Of a DNA stretch of 64,000 bases, positions 13,672 through 25,530 are shown piece by piece. Below the pieces are notes generated by a model that was not told the DNA's origin, did no database searches, and saw nothing but the letters and a program-made list of their open reading frames with translations. Both the position numbers and the translations under genes were made by a program. Origin of the DNA: Paragordius varius (lineage: Eukaryota > Animalia > Nematomorpha); contig OZ176054.1 in assembly GCA_964247055.1 (NCBI GenBank), positions 6,014,001 to 6,078,000 on the forward strand, given 5' to 3'. How positions within the stretch are numbered: position 1 is the stretch's first letter; every line of letters begins with the position of its first letter.

Positions 13672-15879
13672 AATGATAATACGCAATTGCATGGGAATGA
13701 ATAATCAAAAATTATTAATCTTTTACCTTTGCTTATCATTCAAAAAAATTTATTTTTAACATTATGATATTTTAACATGAGAAATTATGGAAGGTATATT
13801 AGCATAATAGCATAACATTACTCATGTAAAACCGACCACATATTTTTATAGTTATTTATTTATAAACCGGTATTTAATCATCCATAATTTTTAAAATGCC
13901 TATGTAATTTTTATATGGTTTAACCATGATTTTTAAATTGATTTATATAAACCGAAATAAATTCTTTTTTACATATTTTTTGGAATTATTTGAAAATCAT
14001 GTGTAAAAAATATGAGAAAGATTTGCATGTTGTTTTTTAAAATGAGCATATGCTTTGGTTGCGGGATATTCAAGTAATACCACACCCAAAAAAGCAAAAG
14101 CTTCTACACAATTTAAAATTAAAAAAAGCCTATCTTGCATTGCAAACTTTCCCCAATGCTTTCTGCATATGTGAGGAAAAAACAAATCTTTTCAATTTTG
14201 AAAAAATCAAAATTTATTCCTACTGCTACATTTACATGGTTTTGACTGGATCCCCTTGAGACCAGTTTTATATCTTCGTACAGACTTTAACAACTGCATG
14301 ACGAAAGTTAAAATACACCCGGGATTCAAGTATTAGGAATTATATATGAACATATAGTATAAAGGACGTTTTTGGATAAAATTATTTGTTTTTTTTTTCA
14401 TATTTGGTCAAAAACGAATTGGTGAGATAATTAATGAATTAAATGCTTACACCTTGTATGTCAAATTAACCATCTAAAAATATAGGGCAATATGGTAGTT
14501 AATAAAAATATTTTCATGATGATAACATTAACTGTCAGAATAATTTTATAAAGCACTTTTTTGCACTTTTAAAAAATTATATATTAAAAGAAAAACATAT
14601 ATTAAAAGTTTATTGCAATAAAAATGTGCGTAAAATCGGGTGTGTAAAAAATTTATGTTAAAATATATATTGATGCATCAAATTATCATGGAGTTTTTGG
14701 TTTTGGGTCTTATGGATGATTTCAGGTTGTAATTGTTTGATATAAAAAATCGCAAACTCGCCAACTAGTATTAAATTTTTTTTATGAAAGCCAAATGCCT
14801 TATTTTCAAAATATATTTAGGAAGTAAATAAACTATATTTCAAGAGCCACGATAATTGATATATCGCTGGTTCAAATGTTTTGGCTCTCTATAAATTTGA
14901 TATACATACTCTGATAACTGTATATCCTCATGGTCTTTGTTAAGACTTAGAATAATATAATAAAGATTACCACTTTTGCGGTAACTGAACCATATAAGAA
15001 AATGGCAAAGTTGCATACATTTTGCTTAATAAATTTTTGTAATGAAAGATGCTTCCTTCCAAAAAATACTACATATATCATAAATCTATACAAAAAAAGA
15101 ACAAGATTTTTATCATAATATTTTAGATGTGGGTTCCCGAAGTCTCAAGTTTGCAGCCCTCTCTAAAATGGGTTAAGTTTTTCCAATAAACGCGAAAATG
15201 CCGAGATGTGCGATAATGATTAAAACCAGTTTTACTCACCAGAAAATTTTAAAGGGCCAAAAAAATATTATGATAAAATATGACATCAAAGTTTATAAAA
15301 AAAATAATATTTTGTTAAATTATATTTATAGCATTATTTTAGGGAGGGGAGTTTTATGGTATTTTTAAGCGCGGCGGACGTTAAAAAACAATTTAAAATT
15401 TTATATAATTCCAAGAAACAAAACAATATCCTCAGATTTTTATTAAAATATTAAATTGTCTACAAAATTAAATTATATAAAAGTTGTGTTTTTAACTTAA
15501 CATTAATAATACATGAATTTCTCATACATAAATAAAATAATTACGGTAATAGGAAGGCTCTGCATCTTCTAACTGTATAAAAAACGTGTTTTCATTATAT
15601 TTAAATTATTTTATACCATTTAACCATGCTCAAAATATATTAAAACTTGCACCAAAATTTTGCTATAACTATCATATTTACCTTGGATACCACACATTTA
15701 TTAGTCCTTCGATTCAAATTAAGGTTTTTGTTGAATCCAGGCATGTTAATCAAATATTTAATAAAATATGGAAAAAATAAAACTATCTTAATTTGCAGTT
15801 ATATAACATTAAAACACCAAAATAAAAAGATTTATTCAAAAAAGCTTGTTGCAAAGTGTCCATAAAAAAATAACCTGAT

Positions 15880-15910
<31 letters not shown>

Positions 15911-16387
15911 TCTGATAGGAAAATGCATCAGGATTATCATGGTCCTTTTGGTTTTGGTCCTTTTACATAATATGACAGGCTGTTTTTCGTAGTACAGTAC
16001 TGGATTTTCAGAAAAAACTGCGACTGTACTGCGCCCACTTTTGTACTGCTTTTTAAAATTAAAAAAATTTTTTATAAATATATATTAATTACCTTTTATT
16101 TATTCAAAAAAATTATTTAAGAATTTGATATAGTATCTACTGTAAAAATAACCCTATAATTTAAGAAATGGTTCTTTTGGTAAAAACTAACATTGGCGTA
16201 TTATCGGTTAGTATTTTATTTTCTGCTCGAATTATACATAAAATTGGATTTTGGATAGGTCAAACTGCTTATGATTCAGCCGTTCGCGCAGTGACATAAA
16301 TATCGGGCTCCACCGTAAAATTCAGACTAATGGCTCTTTCACTCAGGGCTTCCGCAAAAAGAGGTGCCTCAACATTAAAATTAATAA

Positions 16388-17050
16388 ATTATGATATTTT
16401 ATAATGGTAATGAACGGATTGGTTATGTTTTGTAATAACAGTTTTTAAAATCCGTAATATAACGATAAAGGATATTTAAATAGAATTAAATGAAATTATA
16501 AATAGAAATTATAAACGATATGTGAAACCCTTCGTCAATAGTAATCGCAGACTAGTTTCGTGCTTGTTAGCACTCATTAGTACGACACAACTATTTGACT
16601 TGGGGTTTTCACATATCGATTTCGTATATATATATCCAACTTTGCAATTTTGGTATAAATGCAGTTGGTTATACGAATTTAATTAAATTTTAATGTAATT
16701 TATGAAAATTAAACTGAAAATTTGAAAATAAACTAAAAATTAACTCTAGGGTGAGCCTAGATTTAGAGTATAGCTACTTAGGGATTTCATAGAAATCAAT
16801 TTAATAACTAAGAAGCACTCTATTATGATAAGAAACATAAGATAATGATATTGTAAAATTTCATTTAATTCTATTTATAATTATCCTTTATGATATTTTA
16901 TGTTTCAGGAAAGGGTTTCACATATCGTTTATAGTTTCTGTTAATAATTATCTTCAATTAATTTTCTATTTAATTTTCGATTATCATTATATTACGGATT
17001 TTACAACTGTTAATACAAAACATAATCAATCCGTCATTTACCATTAAAAT
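16388..17050. repeat. ~145-bp inverted repeat (16388-16532 vs 16911-17050) flanking a hammerhead motif; probable Penelope-like element pseudo-LTR relic
   Basis: AAGGGTTTCACATATCGTTTATA...TTACGGATTTT...ACAAAACATAA..AATCCGT occurs on opposite strands. An inner short inverted repeat GATATGTGAAACCC / GGGGTTTTCACATATC brackets the ribozyme-like core. Confidence 0.65.
16544..16586 (-). ncRNA. Minimal type I hammerhead ribozyme fold with variant core CUAAUGA (G5A)
   Basis: Minus strand GTCGTA CTAATGA GTGC TAACAA GCAC GAAAC TA GTC TGCGAT: stem I 6 bp (two G-U pairs), stem II 4 bp, palindromic ACTAGT stem III, GUC cleavage triplet. Confidence 0.75.
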
Positions 17051-17299
17051 ACAATTTTTATTTAACATAAATTTAAAAATAAACGAATATTTAATCAAAA
17101 TTCTGATTGAGAAATTAGCCTTAACGAATTATATATATATAATGTTACACCTCAACTTTATATTGTTTACATCATTCAATTAGTATGAAGTATGATTCAA
17201 CAAAATTTTGCTAAAAATTAAATTTTGAAAGTTTGCATTTTTTAAAAAAAATATATAGTTGATATCAAAGCATATATTTAAAATTATTGCACAACAGAA

Positions 17300-17960
17300 T
17301 TTTTGCTTTTATTTCAAGAGAACAGCCCATTTTAAAAATGCCAAAAATTTTGGGACTTTCAGAGCTTACATTTAAAATTCAAATTTTATAAAAATATTGT
17401 TTTGCTTTTTATCTGTAGTTTATGTTATATTTTAGTGATATTTTTTTAAATAAAGCATTTAGCTTTCATCAACAAATATGTTTCAAAAAATTGCGCACCT
17501 TTTTCAATTAAATACCACAAAATGGTAAATAACTTTCTTTAAAAAAAGCACCATTATAATCCTAATATTTTTCTATCGAAATATATATATATATATATAT
17601 TTCATTAGAATATTTTTTGTGGAAACTGTGTAATATACCACACCGATGGTGTAAAAACAGGCAAAGTAAGTTTTAATTTTGTACTGCGTCAAAGTTCAAA
17701 ATATCTGGTCACATTAAAATTTACACTTTTTTGGGTCCATATAAGAAAATGGCAAAATTTTCGTTAATTTTTTTAAATATTATTTATAAGTGAGAGCTGC
17801 TCTATTCCAAAAATATTATTAAATATCATAAACTATGTGTATAAAGCCAAATAATATTTTTAAAAATTTAATATATTAATGTGGGCTCTGAAAGTCCCAA
17901 TTTTTTTGCTCTTTTAAAATAGGCTAGTCTCTTAAAATAAACGCTAAAATGCAGATTTCG
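17300..17960. mobile_element. Dispersed MITE-like repeat family; related pieces at ~2600-2960, ~15120-15180, ~20100-20230, ~38430-38520 and ~43000-43100
   Basis: Recurrent motifs GGGACTTT(C/G)AGAGC...AAATATTGTTTTGCTTT and CCATATAAGAAAATGGCAAA. 17310-17370 is inverted at 17880-17950. Boundaries approximate. Confidence 0.55.
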
Positions 17961-18514
17961 CGTTAAAAATTTAAATATACACCAAATTTTGATATAAACT
18001 AAAAGTATTTTTTTAAAAAATTATACATTTTTTAAAATACTTATTTTTTACAAAATTTTGTTGAAGTGTACTTCATACTATTTTAACTCATGTTAGAAAT
18101 GTTTTAAAAACACTTAATACATATAAAAAAAACTTTCTCTACATAATTCCAGGATGTTGAACATTTCTCTCACCTCAGAATTTATTAAAGGACTTTCTAA
18201 TTTTGGTAAATTTTTGTGAAACAATATTGATTTAACTTTAAGACAAGAGAACCTTTAATTCAAACTAAGGTGATATAAATGTAAATCATTAAATTATATG
18301 AAAAAAGTGTTTTTATTACGTCTTAAAGCGTTTTTAACCCTTTCCATTATGACTCAAAATAGTATAAGGTCAAAATATTGTAAAACTTAAAATTTTTGAA
18401 AAATATATGTTTTTATAAATATATTTAGTTAATATCATATATTTTAAACTTTTATGGTGTAATCTTAGCATTTTGCGATTGTAAAAGGAGTAGCTCATTT
18501 AAGAGATCAATATA

Positions 18515-19958
18515 CCATTTCCCAGTCTAAATAAACGTTTTCCCAGTCAATCGAAACATTTTCCCAATCAATCGAAACGTTTTCCCAGTCAATCGAAACG
18601 TTTTCCCAGTCAATCGAAACGTTTTCCCAGTCAATCGAAACGTTTTTCCAGTCAATCGAAACGTTTTTCCAGTCAATCGAAACATTTTCCCAGTCAATAA
18701 AAATATTTTCCCAATTAATAAAAACGTTTTCCCAGTCAATGAAAACGGTTTTATTTTTGATGATAAATATCAAAACAAGAATATAAAAACAACTTTTAAC
18801 CATTATTAGCGTAATATATGGAGATAATTTTTAATTAAAAACACAATTATTGAACGACAATTTTTCCAAGTGTATTCCAGTGCACAATCATTAATGAAAT
18901 GTTATATTTTTGGAATTTGAGTTAAGATAATATTTTTTATTTTATCGATGGTTCGCATTAATATTTGCGGAACGCTTCACAACAGTTTTTAAATATGTCA
19001 GGTTTGTCGATAAAAATACTGGCGGAAAAAATATCTTAACGAAAATTTTTTTTGATAAAAATGTTTTGGATTTAAAAATATTTAATAAAAAGGATATTTG
19101 ACTAAAACAAGGGTGTCCAACTAAATGCCTTCGCGGGCCGCATTTTTAACTCAAAAAGCACACGGTTACCCATTCGAAATATATACGGGCATTCACATAA
19201 TTTTTCGATCAATAATGTAAAATACAAACACCATGTAACAATTTTTTTTAATTCGTCACCAATTTAATAGACTCATTCATAATAATTACGTAAGAAATAT
19301 GAGTATTACTAAGATTTTGTGGGCATATTTTTGCCCATGGATTTCCAATTTTTTTGCTGGCAGCACAAAGTTACTCGGAAGGCCGCCTTAGGCCCCAACC
19401 TGTTAAATATTATAAAAGGGTAAAATTTATGTTTAAGATCCAATATAAAGTGTTAAATGACCTTTGTGATAAAAATGGTATATTTCATTCCTCCGTAACT
19501 ATAGATTTCTTAGGTTAGCCACAAATATTAATGCGAACCATCGATAAAATAAAAAATATTATCTTAACTCAAATTCCAAAAATATAACATTTCATTAATG
19601 ATTGTGCACTGGAATACACTTGGAAAAATTGTCGTTCAATAATTGTGTTTTTAATTAAAAATTATCTCCATATATTACGCTAATAATGGTTTAAAGTTGT
19701 TTTTATATTCTTGTTTTGATATTTATCATCAAAAATAAAACCGTTTTTATTGACTGGGAAAACGTTTTTATTGATTGGGAAAATGTTTTTATTGACTGGG
19801 AAAATGTTTCGATTGACTGGGAAAACGTTTCGATTGATTGGGAAAATGTTTCGCTTGACTGGGAAAACGTTTCGATTGACTGGGATTGGGAAAATGTTTC
19901 GATTGATTGGAAAATGTTTCGATTGACTGGGAAAACGTTTATTTAGACTGGGAAATGG
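18515..19958. mobile_element. Foldback-type non-autonomous TIR element, copy 1: ~455-bp arms whose outer ends are 21-bp tandem arrays; TA-flanked
   Basis: TA|CCATTTCCCAGTCTAAATAAACG...CGTTTATTTAGACTGGGAAATGG|TA. Arms 18515-18970 and 19519-19958. Unit TCAATCGAAACGTTTTCCCAG. Confidence 0.9.
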
Positions 19959-21092
19959 TATATTTGGAACTTAGCCCACATCTAAAAATTATTTTTTTTT
20001 GTAAATATTGTTTTGCTATTAATATATAGTTTATGATATTATTTAGTGATATTTTTTTGGAATAAAGGCTCTAACCAAAGTAAGTTTTTTAAACACAAAA
20101 GTTTTGCCATTTTATGATATGGAATACCTCAAAATGTAAAAACCTTTCTTTATAATGGCCAAAACGAACGCCCCTTGATAATCTTGATATATTTTTCTAT
20201 CAGAATAAAAAAATTTGTATAAAACTGTGAGAAAAAATATTTTAACTAAATAATTTTTTTATGACATAGCTTATGACCAGCGAATTCATTTGCCGTAAAA
20301 AATTTTATTTGTTCAAGACCTAGTTTTCGAAATATTAAAATTGAAATCGGGCAAAAGAAAATTTAGGATAATATAAAAAATAATGTTGATATATTAAGAT
20401 TATTATCATTATAGGAGGTGTTATAATTAGGGTTGTGCTGACCAGGTCAGTGACTATTTATTTTTTGACCATGGTCATTTCAGATGATTTTTGAAAAATT
20501 GCTGGTAATTTTTTTGGAAGAAAAATAGTAAGTTATTTTTTAATATATTTTAAAAAAAATATATAAATATTTAAATTTGCTTATTTAAAATGTTAAACAT
20601 GCATTCTTAAAACATTAGCATTTAAGCGTATCCAGTTATTTAGAAAAAGAAAACAATCCAACTTCTTATAAAATATTCAATTATTCCATATATGTGAACT
20701 AATAAAATGAAAAAACATTTTATAATTGGATATTTCAATGATCAAAGAAAGTGTAAAAGAAATAGGAAAAATTTTATTTGAAATATCCAGTATTAAAAGC
20801 CAGGTATTTAAAAATTCAGAAGTAATTTCATAATCCAATATGGCATGGAGGTCTGACCGGGTCTGACCGGACTTTTTTGAAAAAGCAGTCAAATGCACAA
20901 CCCCAGTTATAATATATAAACAGCCTAAAATCAATAGTTAGGGTTAGTATAAATCAGTTCAAAAGATGGCGTTTTTCTTTTAACATACTTAAGAGACAGA
21001 TATTTTTTTAGAAACTATCTGAAAAATTTTTTAATTATAGCTAACACTATTAAAATCTTAACATTCATAGTTTCGGTAAAAAAAATTATATA

Positions 21093-22277
21093 TCATTTCC
21101 CAGTCTAAATAAACGTTTTCCCAGTCAATCGAAACATTTTCCCAGTCAATCGAAACGTTTTCCCAGTCAATCGAAACATTTTCCTAGTCAATCAAACGTT
21201 TTCCCAGTCAATAAAAACATTTTCCCAGTCAATAAAAACATTTTCCCAGTCAATAAAAACATTTCAATCAATAAAAACGGTTTTATTTTTGCTGATAAAT
21301 ATCAAAACAAGAATATAAAAACAACTTTTAACCATTATTAGCGTAATGTTAGGATATTATTTTTTATAAAACACAATTATTGAATGACGATTTTTCCAAG
21401 ATTATAATCAATCATTAGTGACTTATTCTTTATATGTTATATTTTTGGAATTAAGGTTTTATTTTTTATTTTATCGATAATTCATATTAATATTTGCGGA
21501 ACGCTACACAATAGTTTTTAACTATGTCAGGTTTGTCGATAAAAATACTGTCGGAAAAAATATCTACATGAAATTTTTTTTTGATAAAAATGTTTTTGAT
21601 TTAAAAATATTTAATAAAAAGGATATTTGACTACAAGGGTGTCCAACCTTCGCGGGCCGCATTTTTAACTTAAAAAGCACAGATTTGTTGGCATATATTT
21701 GCATATGGTTTTCCAAATTTTTGGGGCCCGCACAATAATACTCGGAAGGCCGCCTTAGGCCCCCAACCAAAGGTTAAATATTATATAAAATTTAAGTTTA
21801 AGATCCAATATAAAGTGTTAAATGATCTTTGTGATTAAAATGGTATATTTTTATAAATTGTATTACTTCCTCCGTAACTATAGATTTTTTAAGTTAGCCG
21901 CATATATTAATGCGAACCATCACAACAATATTATCTTAACTCAAATTCCAATATAACATTTAAAGAATAAGTCATTAATGATTATGCACTGGAATACACT
22001 TGGAAAAATCGTCATTCAATAATTGTGTTTTTATAAAAAATAATATCCTAATATTAGGCTAATAATGGTTAAAAGTTGTTTTTATATTCTTGTTTTGATA
22101 TTTATCATCAAAAATTAAACCGTTTTTATTGACTGGGTTGATTGGGAAAATGTTTTATTGACAGGGAAAATGTTTCGATTGACTGGGAAAACGTTTCGAT
22201 TGACTGGGAATATGTTTCGATTGACTGGGAAAACGTTTCGATTGACTGTGAAAACGTTTATTTAGACTGGGAAATGG
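21093..22277. mobile_element. Foldback-type TIR element, copy 2, same orientation and spacer family as copy 1
   Basis: Same termini (ending ...CTGGGAAATGG|TA at 22277), same 21-bp arrays and homologous spacer. Confidence 0.9.
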
Positions 22278-24962
22278 TATACATCAAAATAGAATTAAGA
22301 AATAATGTTTATCATTTTTCCATTTTTTTGTGATTTGGTTTAGGAGTCTATAAAATATTTACTGTTTTATTTTTAAATTTTACATGAGCGGGAATTAGTT
22401 AGTTTATAAATTAAAACAAAATTGGATTTATAATTAGTAGTAAATCAATTAAAAATCCGTACATATTCAATTAATAATATTAATTTGTGTTAAAACAAAT
22501 TTGTTACAGGGATTTGTAAGGATTGTTTGATATTTAACCAATTTTAAATCCTATTTTGCACAGATTAAATACTTTATAATTCCCACACATGTTGGATTCC
22601 AAAAGAGTATAAATTTTTTATACACTCATAAACCAGATGACGAAAAAATGAAAAAATAATAATATTTAATTTTATCCAGGTATCCAGAAAAGGGTGTGAC
22701 AGGCTTGCTCCCTACCGTCACTGTCCGCACAGGACGACCCTTACTGCCTTCCTACGCTTTTACACGCCTCAGGGCAGTGGGACGTCTTCATTCTTCAGGG
22801 CTTCTAACAAACATATTCAATGGAACGTATAATACTAAACATATATATGATAAGCTAAATGTGTATATAATCGATATAAATAAGGCGCCCAAATTAATTA
22901 ATGATTTATGATAAGTTAAAATCTACAAGCGAGATACCGATTTATAAAATTAGTCATCAAAATAAGATTACGATATGTTTTACTAGCAACGAAAACGAAT
23001 TAAATAGTGAGAACAAGCATAAAATCGATTTTTAAAAACGAAAGTCATACAAAAGTGATAAATTAATTGATGCAAGAGTAAATTCGTCATAAACTAAATT
23101 TTTTTACCAAAAATAGAATAAATTATAAATGCAAAACCTATCATAGAAAGCGCCCCTCTCATAAATTAATGGTAACACGTTATTATGATTATGGCTGACC
23201 CAATGGGTTATTGTCACTTAAACCGTCTGGCAAAGCCAAAACGAGATCAACATTAAATTAGAGTTTAAGGCCCAAATTAGTAAATGTCAATTATGGATAA
23301 ATGTTCATAAAGCAAAATAAATTAATATTAATAAGTTAATAAAGGTAATCAAATAATAAGTCTTATCTGTTAAGGCTACATCCAAACTGCTACATCTAAA
23401 CAATCTCTGCGAAGACAATTCTGCCTACCTGACGCGATATCCCCAAGCGCTCCTATAATTATGCCGGGAATGGCAAAGGCATACAGTGAGGTTGTCGTAG
23501 AGCCCGGTAGGAGACCCTTGCAGAAGATTGTATAGTGTAGTTAGTGCCATCACTCTACGGAAGACTATCCAAGATCAGACAGCCATGCCCTATTGATTGC
23601 CAGCTATTGGTTCTGCGCAGTCTTCAGAGTAGTGTATCAATCTTCCTAATCCGCCCCATTAGCTTCAGCCAGCGCAAAGCCACTATCCAACATTGTCAAT
23701 GGCCCATGTGAAGGTGTCTCTACCTTCACCGAAATGGGCTCGTTTTAAATCATATGTTTATTTTCATTTAATTTTATTTTGATGTATATTACTGAAAAAT
23801 ATGAATGTTAAAAAATAATGAGTTTAACTATTAGATTAAAAAAATATTTTAATACAGTTCGATAAAAAACTTTTAAGTATGTTGAGAGACAAACGCCATC
23901 TTATGAACTGAGATTTTATACAAACCATAACTATATAATTTTAGGCTATTTATATATATAAAATATATCCATAAAATAAATAATAAACCATATTATCTCA
24001 AGTTTATTATTATTTTTTGAAATATCCTTAATTTTTACTTTATGTCGAATTTTGCTCAATATTTCAAAAACTAGGTCATCAACAAATTTTGCGGCAAATT
24101 AGTTCGCTAATCATAGGCTAGCTCAGGAAAATTTTTTTTTAAAAAAAAAATAAGCCCTCTTTTTGCGCGCCTCACAGACAAAAGAAAGCATATTTTAAAA
24201 TACGGCCTGATAGCTTATTTACTTTTTAAAATATTCAAATTTTAACTCGCTCAAGATATAAAACCCCAAAATGTAATATTGAAAAACTTCTAAAAACGAT
24301 TTCCCACTTCCATCCTAAGAAATCATTTAAATACAATTTAAATTTAAAAAATCGCTCCATAAATAACTACTTTGACCAATTTTACTTTACGACATTTTGC
24401 AAAATATCATGTTTTTTATTTAAAAATAAGTTGAATTTTTTTAATAAACTAACACCTATATTAACAAAAATTTCGTTTATTTTGCATTTAATTTATTAAA
24501 AGCATTAGTGTTAAGTTTTCTAACTTTTTACCTTTAGGTTTATCCATTAAATAAGAATTATCAAATTTTTAATACAAAATATTTTTTATTTCGATTTATC
24601 AATGTAGTATAAAAGTACATTTTACAATAGTTTCAATATTTTTTGATATATTTGATATTACACACCCGGAGTCACAATAAGTTGAATTGAACTACACAAA
24701 TGAATCTTTGCATCCTGGTGATAATTTTAAGTTGTTTACACCTCAATATATTTTCATTAACCCGATTTTATTGACATTTATCATTTAACAGTAAAATAGG
24801 AAATGCGAAATTTCTATTTTTTATAATTATATAATTTCGATTTGATAATTATTTGAGATAAATAAATTATAAAAATAACACCCACAATTAAAAAGTTTTA
24901 AGGCCCCTATGAAAGAATACACTGACTATTTTAACAACAGCAAACATTTTTGTGATTGTTCC

Positions 24963-25530
24963 ATGCCACAAAAAAAGATACGGAAAAATTTAAACTTCAG
25001 TCCTGAAGATCGTAAGGAATTTTTGCTTGGCTTTCATAAACGAAAAACATTGCGGAAAGCTGAAGCTATTGAAAAATGCGTTAATCAAATTAAATCAGAG
25101 AGGAATAAAATTAAAATATTAGTATAAATATTAATAATATATAGAAAAAACAAAATTTATTGAAATATATAGACGATTCAACTAATTCAGCAATAAAAAG
25201 TTAATTGTGTTTTTATTTTTAAGAACTGGATGATGTATATCAGCAAGACCTATCCACATCCACGATTACCGTCACAACATTTAATGAAATGGATATGTCT
25301 AATAATGACACATATTTGGGAATCAATGTAATTTTTTTTTCTATCATAGACATCAGTTGTAAAATCCAAACCAACCGAACAAAATAATACAGAAAAGTTA
25401 TTAAAAATTAATTTTTAGGGATGAAACCAATTTAGTTAGAAAAAATATTGAAATGCTATCAATGAAGCTGCAAAAATTGAAAACCAAACGGCGAAAAAAG
25501 AAGCATAAGTCTAAACGTTTCAATAAATAA
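24963..25530 (+). CDS. NOL12: Nucleolar protein 12 (Nop25/Rrp17 family), 158 aa, 5 exons
   Basis: Family motif FSPEDRKEFLLGFHKRK and a basic C-terminus. Exons 24963-25121, 25145-25199, 25224-25327, 25350-25396, 25419-25530; introns 23, 24, 22, 22 nt; 477 nt in frame ending in TAA. Confidence 0.88.

Noticed and set aside
18507-22333. ORFs with IDWENVS or LTGKTFR heptad repeats (18507, 18527, 19716, 22142)
   Set aside because: They are translations of the 21-bp arrays in the foldback arms, occur on both strands and in two frames, and lack gene context.
24600-24810. Possible head-to-head gene upstream of NOL12
   Set aside because: No phase-consistent exon chain could be built, even allowing micro-introns.
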